This document shows, one piece after another, positions 9,342 to 17,352 of a stretch of 33,392 nt of DNA; position 1 is the first letter of the stretch; the number at the start of each line of letters is the position of its first letter. The position numbers and the translations under genes were made by a program. The DNA is from a virus (taxonomy: Duplodnaviria > Caudoviricetes), in the IMG/VR virus record IMGVR_UViG_3300036824_000022, positions 1 to 33,392 of that record; one strand, 5' to 3'. Under the pieces are notes generated by a model. It was given only the letters and a program-made list of their open reading frames with translations. It was not told where the DNA came from and did not search any database.

Positions 9342-10244
9342 TCAACAATTTCCGGTGGCACAGGATATGATGACGATGCCGGAGCCACCATTTCCGCCCG
9401 GGCTGCCCACGCCCCCGCCCCCACCGCCGCCGGTGTTGGCCGTCCCGTTTGTTCCGATGGCTGATGCGCTGCCGGCTCCCCCACCTCCGCTGCCACCAGT
9501 GCCCGCAGTGCCTCCGGCGGAGAACAACGATGCGCCGCCACCACCAGCATAGGTGACTGCGGACCCCGTTATGGAATTACTGGTACCGTTTCCACCATTT
9601 CCTGCGGTTGAAGCTCCAGTAGCATTTCCGCCATTTCCACCCGCACCTCCGCCCCCGCCGGCAGGGAATGGAGAAGCTGAGAATCCTGCTGTGGTACCAC
9701 CATTTCCGCCTTGGCTTCCCGTGCCACCCACATCAGTGCCGCTACTAGCAGAGCCCGCTCCGCCGCCTGAGCCGCCATTGATGCCAGGAGTGGTATTTAT
9801 AACTTGGCCCCCACCGCCACCAGCAGCATCAATCGTTGAAAATATCGAGTCGGTACCGTTAGCGCCTGGAGACCCACCGTTCCCTCCGGCCCCAACAGTG
9901 ACCGTCGTTGTTCCAGATGATACCGCAAAAGTAGCTCCAAGACCGCAAGTCGGTGAACCTCCAACCGCACAATAGCCGCCAGCGCCCCCGCCAGCAGTTG
10001 ACCCACCGCCGCCGCCGGCGACAACCAGTAAGGCGTTTGCCGTGAACCCACCCGGACACACTAAAGACCCGCTCGTGGTAAATGTAATGATGGTATTACC
10101 GCCCGACGTAGTGCGCGTGCCGCCGGTACAAGTATTAGATACTGCCACAGCACTCTGCACACAAAACCCCGCGGAACAGCCGTTGAATTGTGCTGAAGCA
10201 GAAACAGGCAACAGCAGCAAAATTGCAAATAACAGTTTTTTCAT
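9342..10244 (-). CDS. Glycine-rich (polyglycine-II type) adhesin-like protein with Sec signal
   Basis: MKKLLFAILLLLPVSASA|Q; LVVAGGGGG..GGGAGG..VTVGAGG..ANTGGGGGG..GGSGIVII glycine-rich domain pattern; 8 Cys. Confidence 0.8.
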   Translation of the reverse strand: MKKLLFAILLLLPVSASAQFNGCSAGFCVQSAVAVSNTCTGGTRTTSGGNTIITFTTSGSLVCPGGFTANALLVVAGGGGGSTAGGGAGGYCAVGGSPTCGLGATFAVSSGTTTVTVGAGGNGGSPGANGTDSIFSTIDAAGGGGGQVINTTPGINGGSGGGAGSASSGTDVGGTGSQGGNGGTTAGFSASPFPAGGGGGAGGNGGNATGASTAGNGGNGTSNSITGSAVTYAGGGGASLFSAGGTAGTGGSGGGGAGSASAIGTNGTANTGGGGGGGVGSPGGNGGSGIVIISCATGNC

Positions 10245-10247
10245 TAC

Positions 10248-10958
10248 TCACCACCAAGTGCAGGAGAACTTATGTCCATTGGTGGCAGCAACAACAGATA
10301 CTGCGTGATTTGTGCCGAAGCCTGGAGGCGTCGTGAACGATCCAAATCCAGCAAAGGTTGTTGCTGTGGCAGGGGGTAATGGATAGCTATCTGTGCCACT
10401 CGCGGCCGCTGTAGTTGTAAACGACATCCACAGGACTTCTGTTGTATCGATGTTAGCAATGGTAAATCCGTGCAGGGTCGTTTGTGCAGTGATAGCGTTA
10501 ACAGCAGTGCCTCCTGTTACTACAGTAGCGGAGCAGGCTGTTGGCGTTACGTTTGGAGCGCCGTTTACGTTGCCGATTGTAGCAGTACCAGCTGGGATAG
10601 GACTAGCAACACCACCTGCAATATTCTTTAGAATTGCAACCACTGAGCCAGAGCCAGAGACCCATGCTGCATCCGCCTTGGTGCCTTGCGTCAAGTCCCA
10701 ACCATCAACGGCTGCGCTCGCAGCGGCGCTTATAGGGACTGTGCCGTTAACGTTAACCGTCAGCCGACCTGATGCATCTACAACCCAACATTGAGTCGTG
10801 GTGGTATTGTCGCAGCCAATGAACCGCGAAAACAATACAGCACTACCATTGTCCTTGGCGGCGAATGTTAAGCCAGAGCCAGCAGTTGCGGTATAGTTAT
10901 CGGCCGCAATCGCTGGGTTGGCCAGTAGAAGTGCTAAAACGAATAAAAGCCTTTTCAT
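10248..10958 (-). CDS. Secreted beta-rich structural-like protein
   Basis: MKRLLFVLALLLANPAIA|A; Thr/Ala/Gly-rich; IPAGTATIGNV fibre-like segment; 4 Cys. Confidence 0.75.
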   Translation of the reverse strand: MKRLLFVLALLLANPAIAADNYTATAGSGLTFAAKDNGSAVLFSRFIGCDNTTTTQCWVVDASGRLTVNVNGTVPISAAASAAVDGWDLTQGTKADAAWVSGSGSVVAILKNIAGGVASPIPAGTATIGNVNGAPNVTPTACSATVVTGGTAVNAITAQTTLHGFTIANIDTTEVLWMSFTTTAAASGTDSYPLPPATATTFAGFGSFTTPPGFGTNHAVSVVAATNGHKFSCTWW

Positions 10959-11134
10959 CCCACGCCTCCCAGCATTGGTAGGGCACAGCCCTTAGAGAGA
11001 TCAATAGCACCAACACAGGTTGGAGGAGCAACAGCGCCACCACCTGTGCTAGCGCGGATAATACCAGTAAGTAGCTGCGCGTCAGCCGCACCAGCAGAGC
11101 ATAGAAGAATGATAATTACGATGCGCCAAGTCAT
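10955..11134 (-). CDS. Small secreted peptide with one Cys pair
   Basis: MTWRIVIIILLCSAGAADA|QLL...TCVGAIDLSKGC; ATGA overlaps at both ends. Confidence 0.65.
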   Translation of the reverse strand: MTWRIVIIILLCSAGAADAQLLTGIIRASTGGGAVAPPTCVGAIDLSKGCALPMLGGVG

Positions 11135-11550
11135 CCGCGGTACCCCCATGCACTAACCGCTACGGTTGTACCTGTGCCACCACCAGGAACGGTCACTACT
11201 ATGTTGGTGTTTGCGGCTGAAGCGCTAATACAAGCTGGGAAGGCTACGCCTAAAGCACCTTGGCCAGAAGAGACAAAGGCATAGGTGAAATTCATCGTTG
11301 AAGCAATGCCTGTCACAGTGACATTGGCAGCGATCGCAGCAGTGGTACCTGCGGAGGTTACTGTGAAGCCACAGATGTAGGTCCACTGACCTGAGGTACC
11401 AGACAGGGTAGCTACAACTGAACCGGTGGTACCAGTAGCAGAATTCTGGATTTGGTTGATTGTGGTTTGTATCGGGATGATAGCTGTTTGGGCCAGCGCC
11501 GCACAGGCTAGCCCCAGGTAGAGTAAGAGTGCGGCGCTAAGCTTTTTCAT
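11131..11550 (-). CDS. Secreted beta-sandwich protein
   Basis: MKKLSAALLLYLGLACAALA|Q; Thr/Gly-rich beta pattern; 2 Cys in the mature chain. Confidence 0.75.
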   Translation of the reverse strand: MKKLSAALLLYLGLACAALAQTAIIPIQTTINQIQNSATGTTGSVVATLSGTSGQWTYICGFTVTSAGTTAAIAANVTVTGIASTMNFTYAFVSSGQGALGVAFPACISASAANTNIVVTVPGGGTGTTVAVSAWGYRG

Positions 11551-11554
11551 GACA

Positions 11555-12031
11555 TTACCTCATCTTATACCAAGAGGTGGTGGAGATAACATATCGCCAT
11601 TCAAAGCTTGCTCCCGCTAAAGTTGGACCTGCGGAACCATTGACGATAGTTGAGCCATCGGTTGAGGCTATAGTTGGCGCGGTGATAGTAGAGCCTGTGC
11701 CGTTGGTTAGCTCAAATATTTGACCGTCATATGGAAGTGGAGGTAGATTAACTGTCAGGGCAGTGACAGCACCTAGCATTATCACATTGCTAGTGGTGAT
11801 TGGCGTTGAAAACGTACCGGTGGTAAGGGCAGTAGTTTGCACGCCAGTAGTATTACGCATCTGAGCAACAGTGGTAAACATGGATGGGCCCTGAGGCCCA
11901 CCTACTGCAACCGTCCAAGTCTCGTTTCCGGTGAGGGTACGAGACGTAATCTGCTGTGCCCATACGGCACCAAGGCCGAAGGCAAGGGCGGCAATGACCA
12001 CCCCCGCCAGAAGCGATTTGAGTTTGGTCAT
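11555..12031 (-). CDS. Secreted fibre-type beta-sandwich protein
   Basis: MTKLKSLLAGVVIAALAFGLGAVWA|Q; ALTVNLPPLPYDGQ...WRY...WY module; second ATG fits the GGGAG SD better. Confidence 0.75.
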   Translation of the reverse strand: MTKLKSLLAGVVIAALAFGLGAVWAQQITSRTLTGNETWTVAVGGPQGPSMFTTVAQMRNTTGVQTTALTTGTFSTPITTSNVIMLGAVTALTVNLPPLPYDGQIFELTNGTGSTITAPTIASTDGSTIVNGSAGPTLAGASFEWRYVISTTSWYKMR

Positions 12032-12042
12032 TGCCATCTCCC

Positions 12043-12597
12043 TTAGTTCGCGACCGTGATGCCAACAGGGTAACCACCCAGCACGGCATTGGACTGTTCA
12101 GGGAGATCGTGGCGGTCGAGGACGAGGGTTGCTTGCAGAGCACCAGCAGAGTGAGTACCAACAGAGATGTACTGGAGCTGCAAGAAACGAGGTAGTGGCT
12201 GAGCCGGAACAGGTCGAGGCATGTCATCATCCATCAACCTGGCACCCTGGATCAACACAGCCTCGGCGAAGACTGCCGTGGAGAGCATGGTGGTGTAAGA
12301 GCCAGGAGCGCCAGAGCCGTTATCAGGGGCTCCCTGGAGATTGAGCTGAAGTGAAGTGCCACCGGTGATTGCTGTAGTGACGATCACTAGAAGCTTCATC
12401 GCCGGGTCGTCACCGATGCCAATGTCACGGGCACCGCCACCAGAGGCAGAGGTTGGAAGGCCGGTGATGCCAAGATCAAGGGCGTTGGATGAGACCTGAG
12501 TGCCTGTGGTGGGCAAATCAGTCTGTGCTCCCAAAGCAGGAACACCAGATGCACCTCTGGAGGTACCGGTGAAATACAGAAGACCATCGAGAATCAT
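12043..12597 (-). CDS. Capsid cement/decoration protein (Bbp16-like)
   Basis: MILDGLL..F...SSNALDLG...RDIGIGD...GTSLQ..LQG...RFLQLQY; immediately follows the major capsid gene. Confidence 0.8.
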   Translation of the reverse strand: MILDGLLYFTGTSRGASGVPALGAQTDLPTTGTQVSSNALDLGITGLPTSASGGGARDIGIGDDPAMKLLVIVTTAITGGTSLQLNLQGAPDNGSGAPGSYTTMLSTAVFAEAVLIQGARLMDDDMPRPVPAQPLPRFLQLQYISVGTHSAGALQATLVLDRHDLPEQSNAVLGGYPVGITVAN

Positions 12598-12608
12598 AGC
12601 TTTGCTCC

Positions 12609-13658
12609 TTAGACCACCTGGGCCTCGTTAGAGAGAACTGCATCAACCGTGCGGATCGGAATGCCGCGGAAGGTGGTGATGGGCTTGCCATTGAACTCTT
12701 CAATGCGGAGCAAGACGTTGGTCTTGTTCATCGCCTGAAGGTCAAGATAAGTGCGGATGATGCGGTTGGCGTAGATGACGGTACGACCCATATCAGCCCG
12801 AACCGCAGGCGTGTCTGACGTTTGGATCGTCGTTGCAGATACCGGCGCAGTCGGGAGTCGGTACAGCGCACGAACCAATAGGTTGATGAGGTTCGCCGCG
12901 CTAACGCCAGTGAGCTGCGTGACGTCGACGTTGGCGATCCGCGCCATGTAGCGCCAATCACGTTGGGCAAAGCCGATCTCCCATTTGAAGTGTTCGCGGT
13001 AGGCTTGGTAAGTGTTGCCTGCCGAGTCGGTGACTGGCCACTCACCCATGTCACGCTGCTGCAACCCTGCCAATTTCCCTTTGGGGAAGATGGCGTGGTT
13101 GGTGTCAGTGCCCCAGGTCATTACCCAGATTGAGGTATTCGTGCTTGCAGTGCCGCCACCATCAAGGACGTTATTGGCAGTCTGGCTGTTCGCCACGGTC
13201 TTGGTGGAGTAGCGAGGAGCAAAGCCAGTGAAGCGCTCCGGGTTGGAGAACTGGTTGCCGTAGACCATGGTGGAGGCAACCTGCTGAGACATGCCCTCGA
13301 GGAAGGCACGGGACTCACTTAGTCTAAAATCAGGGGTGTTGCCGTTTAGGTCAGCGATGTCTTTGTCGATCACGCTGTAGGTTTCCAAGTTACCACAGGC
13401 TTCGACGAGCTGGGCCGTAGTGGACTTGGCATTGGGAACACCAGTGTTGAGCAAGCGCCAAGTGGCTTGGGGCAAGCCGGTGCGGACGGTCGTCTTGTGA
13501 CCGGTCGGAAGGTTGCCTTCGACGACCATCATGTCGTCGAGGATTTCGTTTGTTTGAGACAAAAGCTCGATGATAGCGGCTACCTTATAGCCGTCATCCA
13601 TTCGCTTTGCCCAATCAGCATAGGTAAGGGCAGTGGTACCGATAATAGCTTGAGCCAT
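12609..13658 (-). CDS. Major capsid protein (BPP-1 Bbp17-like, HK97 fold)
   Basis: IIELLSQTNEILDDM..EGNLPTGHKTTVRTGLP..WR...F.GIPIR..DA.L..EA family signature; 349 aa. Confidence 0.93.
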   Translation of the reverse strand: MAQAIIGTTALTYADWAKRMDDGYKVAAIIELLSQTNEILDDMMVVEGNLPTGHKTTVRTGLPQATWRLLNTGVPNAKSTTAQLVEACGNLETYSVIDKDIADLNGNTPDFRLSESRAFLEGMSQQVASTMVYGNQFSNPERFTGFAPRYSTKTVANSQTANNVLDGGGTASTNTSIWVMTWGTDTNHAIFPKGKLAGLQQRDMGEWPVTDSAGNTYQAYREHFKWEIGFAQRDWRYMARIANVDVTQLTGVSAANLINLLVRALYRLPTAPVSATTIQTSDTPAVRADMGRTVIYANRIIRTYLDLQAMNKTNVLLRIEEFNGKPITTFRGIPIRTVDAVLSNEAQVV

Positions 13659-13748
13659 AGGGCTTCCCTATTGGGTTTGAGTTCGGGTCATTCTATCCTC
13701 GGTTCCTCTGAGCTACGCTGTTCTACCCCTCTGGGGTGGACACGTGGA

Positions 13749-14507
13749 TTACGTTCCGCGGTTGGCCGCGAGATGTGGATACATGGCCTCTGCGAGGCTA
13801 GGAGCTGCTGGGGCACCTGGGGCCTTGTTGGCTTCGCCCGAAGGCTTGCCTGCTGGCACGGACTTACCTTCGAGGTGAGGCTTGGCCAAGATTGAAAGGG
13901 CTTCGAAGATGTCAGGGTTTGAGCCTGCACCGGTTAGATCAATGGCAGTGCGGAAGGCTTTGGCAAGGGATGGGGGCAGGGCATTGGTTATGGCTGAGTT
14001 GATGTCCCGGCGAGTGGCATCGGCTTTGGAACCAAAGCGATCGTGGATTTCGTTAACCCATTCCTTCTGCATATCTGCCCACATCTTGTATGGGGCCTCG
14101 GCAGTTTGGAGAGAGTTCTTGGCGTAGTAGTCCACCAGTTTCTGGGCCTGGTCTTGGCTCAAATTAAGCTCTTTGAAGAGACCCGTCACTTCCTTTCCAG
14201 CCTCTGGATCGAGAGTATAGCCATCAGGCAATTTGAAGTCGGCGTATTTCTCTGGAGCGCCAGCCTCAGGCTTCGGCTCATCACCTTCCTTAGGTGCGCC
14301 TTCAGGCTTAGTTTCACCCTCAGGCTTCGCTTCCGGCTTCGTCTCTTGGGTGAGAAAGCTGCCGCCTTCAGGCTTCGTCTCCGTCGGCGGTGCTGAAGGG
14401 ATCGTATTCCCCTGATCCTTCAACGTTCCGTCCGGCGTCCGAGCTTCGCTCTGGTTCCCCTGCGGCTGAGGGATCGGTGCTACGTTGGTCACTGTCGTGT
14501 CGGTCAT
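13749..14507 (-). CDS. Capsid scaffolding protein
   Basis: Pro/Glu/Lys-rich N-terminus, APEKYADFKLPDG, LSQDQAQKLVD and C-terminal AEAMYP; lies between portal and capsid genes. Confidence 0.8.
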   Translation of the reverse strand: MTDTTVTNVAPIPQPQGNQSEARTPDGTLKDQGNTIPSAPPTETKPEGGSFLTQETKPEAKPEGETKPEGAPKEGDEPKPEAGAPEKYADFKLPDGYTLDPEAGKEVTGLFKELNLSQDQAQKLVDYYAKNSLQTAEAPYKMWADMQKEWVNEIHDRFGSKADATRRDINSAITNALPPSLAKAFRTAIDLTGAGSNPDIFEALSILAKPHLEGKSVPAGKPSGEANKAPGAPAAPSLAEAMYPHLAANRGT

Positions 14508-14814
14508 CGCTTAGCTCCTTTATGGCATGCTCTTGCATCATTAAGATATATTGATTGGGACAATGTGTGACAACGTCGGCAAAGACTTGCAGGCCGACGT
14601 TTTGGGAACCGCAGTTAAACGCTGTGCCGTCGATCGATCCTCGGACGAATGGAGTGTGGAAGACACTGCATCGAGAAAGTAGATTGTGCATCCATTCTCG
14701 TCCAAGAGTGTCAGACATAATGCGTTTGGTGTAGTCAACGCGCGAGCGCTCCGCTTGTTTTGCAGCCTTCTCAGCGCGGCGGATGTCTTTGCGGTTACTT
14801 GCGTCATAGGACAC
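14368..14814 (-). CDS. Bbp19-like protein
   Basis: IMSDTLGREW...L..C.VF..PF...TAFNCG.QNVGL...CP..Y..MMQE motif; follows the portal. Confidence 0.75.
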   Translation of the reverse strand: MSYDASNRKDIRRAEKAAKQAERSRVDYTKRIMSDTLGREWMHNLLSRCSVFHTPFVRGSIDGTAFNCGSQNVGLQVFADVVTHCPNQYILMMQEHAIKELSDDRHDSDQRSTDPSAAGEPERSSDAGRNVEGSGEYDPFSTADGDEA

Positions 14815-14818
14815 GGCC

Positions 14819-16576
14819 CTATCCTTGTAACATACGTTGGACTAGGTTCTGGCCACCACCCACGTCGATGTTGGAAGCGTTGGCTCCAGCCTTGGAGAGG
14901 GCTTCGACCTGTTGAGCCTGCTGCGCTTGCGCCTGTTGCTGGGCACGCTGCTGGCGGATGGCTGTGAGTTGGGCCGGGGCCCGGATGATGCGGGGGTCGG
15001 TCTCGAGGAGATTGGCGTAGATGTCGATAGCCATGTCGAAGTCGATGTTGTCGACGACGGCTGGGTCGATACCGGCCAGGGTCGAGCCCATCTGAAGCAT
15101 GCGTTCGATCGAGCCAGCCGCGGCGGCCTTTTGAGATGATTGAAGGATGGAAGAGAATTTGATGACGAGTTCTTGCCCGGCTATTTCAGAAGGCGGGGGA
15201 GGGAGGATGTTTGCTCGGCGCATGATGGCCCAGACACGTTCCACGATTGGCATGAGGACTTCGTGCTGGATGCGTTCGAGGACAGGGCCAAGCATCACGA
15301 GCGATTCGCTCTTCCGCATGTCCCACTCAACAGCGGTTATGTTGGAACGGGTTTCGAACTGCGAAGCGACTTGGAAGAGGTTGTTGTAGAAGGTGTCTTT
15401 GATCCGGGCTTGGACTTCTTTGATGTCTTCGGAAATGGCCGCGATGTCTGGCTTCCACGAGCCATAGGTTGGCTTCATGCCGTCGTTGCCGGTGGCCATC
15501 ATTCCTTGAAGGAAGGTTATGCCACCAGGGAGGAGCGAAGCTGGTTGGTTCTTGAGTTGGACGTCGGCGACTAGGGGCGGGTTGATCCCTTTGTCAATGC
15601 CCTGTGCCTTGCGGCGAGTCTCTTGCTGGAGCTGCTTGATGTCCGGGAGCGCATCCATTCCAACCGAGCGACCATACGGGTCATTGGCGACGAGGTCCCA
15701 TCTACCGATGATAGCGGCGCGCTCGTTGTAGCCACGCTTGCGGAGGAAGCCTTTAGCAACTGTGCCACCCTGCGGAGTAGCGGTTCCGCCCCACTCCCAA
15801 TAGGTTTCTCGGTATTTGAAGTGAGCCGGAATCCCATACTTCTCCGGATCGGTGTTCGGTTCGATGGCATGGGCAACGATTATCTCCCGGGTTGTGTAAG
15901 CGCCACTGGCGTTGTCAAAGGCTTGCTGGACGGCGGTGGAGCAGTTTTCCAAACCGAACTCGTCGACGGTTTGAGAGATAGTGTAGGTGAACTCACGGTA
16001 GAAGATGACGGGGCGGTACTTGCCGTCGATGTCGATGTAGTATTCGCCGAAGCAGGGGTTGATGCAGTTGATGACGTTGTCGTAGTCTTCATAAATGAGA
16101 AGGACGGCGGTGCCGAAAACGACCAAATCAAAAAGGAAGATTGCCATGGCGGTGTAGAAACCGCTTTCGGCAAAGACGCGGTAGGTGAGGTCTTCACAGG
16201 CCTTGAGCCAGATCGGCACAGGGCCGGTCATAGAGGAGTTTACTGCGCCCCATTCGTACTTGAGCCACGGACGATTCGGGGGGCAGATACCACTGAACAT
16301 ACCTGCGGCGAGATTACGTGCTGAGAGAGTACCGGTACTATCAAGAATATGTTGGTTGATCGGCGAACCTCGATTTTGTTGGTTTTGGGTAATGAGCCAT
16401 TTGTATCGTCTAGGGAGGATGTAGTCGGCGAGTTCTCTGGCATGGGTCCACCATGAATAGCGGTTGGTTCGGAGGCCGATGAGTTTGCCTACTTGATAGG
16501 AGCGGAGCCGTTCGTCCTGAGGCGTGGCTGTGTCGGTGTTGCGGCCAAAGGCGCGATGGTCTACAAGGGCGTTCAT
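14819..16576 (-). CDS. Portal (head-tail connector) protein
   Basis: 585 aa; WW.H.RELADYILPRR, ILDSTG, RW.....YGRS.GMDALPDIKQLQ, TAVE...R..E.L..LGPVLER and a Gln-rich C-terminus. Confidence 0.93.
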   Translation of the reverse strand: MNALVDHRAFGRNTDTATPQDERLRSYQVGKLIGLRTNRYSWWTHARELADYILPRRYKWLITQNQQNRGSPINQHILDSTGTLSARNLAAGMFSGICPPNRPWLKYEWGAVNSSMTGPVPIWLKACEDLTYRVFAESGFYTAMAIFLFDLVVFGTAVLLIYEDYDNVINCINPCFGEYYIDIDGKYRPVIFYREFTYTISQTVDEFGLENCSTAVQQAFDNASGAYTTREIIVAHAIEPNTDPEKYGIPAHFKYRETYWEWGGTATPQGGTVAKGFLRKRGYNERAAIIGRWDLVANDPYGRSVGMDALPDIKQLQQETRRKAQGIDKGINPPLVADVQLKNQPASLLPGGITFLQGMMATGNDGMKPTYGSWKPDIAAISEDIKEVQARIKDTFYNNLFQVASQFETRSNITAVEWDMRKSESLVMLGPVLERIQHEVLMPIVERVWAIMRRANILPPPPSEIAGQELVIKFSSILQSSQKAAAAGSIERMLQMGSTLAGIDPAVVDNIDFDMAIDIYANLLETDPRIIRAPAQLTAIRQQRAQQQAQAQQAQQVEALSKAGANASNIDVGGGQNLVQRMLQG

Positions 16577-16779
16577 TTGAGAATCTTCATTGTGCCTTTA
16601 GGTCGGCGCTGGCCTTTGCTGAAGGCGGGAAGGGACTTGCCCTTAGGGACTACGGAGGTTGGAGTCTGATCTGAGAGTTGACCTTGGTTGTGCAAGTCAG
16701 CAGCGGCAAGGAGGAAGTTCATTGGATCGGCTGCTTGCTGCTGAGCCATCTGTGGAGGGAGCATTGGGGCCTGAGGCAT
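16573..16779 (-). CDS. Hypothetical protein
   Basis: 68 aa, coupled by TGATG and ATGA overlaps. Confidence 0.6.
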   Translation of the reverse strand: MPQAPMLPPQMAQQQAADPMNFLLAAADLHNQGQLSDQTPTSVVPKGKSLPAFSKGQRRPKGTMKILK

Positions 16780-16949
16780 CACTCAATCTCTCGTTTGAGC
16801 CAGACATAGAACTCTAGTTTGATCTCCTCACTTTCACTGAGGAATTTCTTATCAACCATAAAAGCCTCCCAACCTTCCTGTCCCGTTTCATTCATACAAC
16901 GAAGAGGTTCAAGGCCTGCACTGACTACTTTGTATTCCCATTTCTTCAT
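16779..16949 (-). CDS. DUF4177-like small protein
   Basis: Hand-translated MKKWEYKVVSAGLEPLRCMNETGQEGWEAFMVDKKFLSESEEIKLEFYVWLKREIE; WEYKVV...G.EGWE...KR signature; TGATG on both sides. Confidence 0.7.
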   Translation of the reverse strand: MKKWEYKVVSAGLEPLRCMNETGQEGWEAFMVDKKFLSESEEIKLEFYVWLKREIE

Positions 16950-17143
16950 CACTGACCTACGAGTTGCTTCCCGCCGGTTGAGGCTGAAGGTGAGGGAAGG
17001 GCTGAGGAGTTGATGAATGAAGGTGTGGCGGACTTCTTCCCTGGCTTTTGCCCGGCTGGGGCTGAAGCAAAGACGGGCGGGGGTGGAGGTGTGTTGGGGA
17101 GTTGCGGCAAGGCCGCCTGTTGTGGTGCATCCATTTTGACCAT
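16949..17143 (-). CDS. Small Pro-rich pre-portal protein
   Basis: 64 aa with PPPPP and C-terminal GKQLVGQ, typical of small genes before the portal in this phage group. Confidence 0.7.
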   Translation of the reverse strand: MVKMDAPQQAALPQLPNTPPPPPVFASAPAGQKPGKKSATPSFINSSALPSPSASTGGKQLVGQ

Positions 17144-17352
17144 CAGAGTGTCCTAACGTTTCTAACTGAGGTGGCTTTGCCGTGGGGACCGAGGGAGCCG
17201 GCGGGTTCGCCAGGGCTGAGGACCACTACGTGAGCGGTGGCGTAAGCTTTGGTTATGTCATCGTCGAAGACAGTGCCGCTCTGAACGATTTGCCATTGAC
17301 CGTTTAGGGGCATGTAGACATCGGCTTTGAGTTGGTAACGGGCATTGGCCAT
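17143..17352 (-). CDS. Hypothetical protein
   Basis: 69 aa, TGATG-coupled to the terminase, GGAGG SD. Confidence 0.65.
   Translation of the reverse strand: MANARYQLKADVYMPLNGQWQIVQSGTVFDDDITKAYATAHVVVLSPGEPAGSLGPHGKATSVRNVRTL

Noticed and set aside
9355-9975. Pro-rich plus-strand ORFs and apparent GCC/CCG repeats
   Set aside because: Reverse complement of glycine codons in the glycine-rich gene.
3872-12597. Diversity-generating retroelement, given BPP-1-like head genes
   Set aside because: No reverse transcriptase and no TR/VR repeat pair seen in this window.
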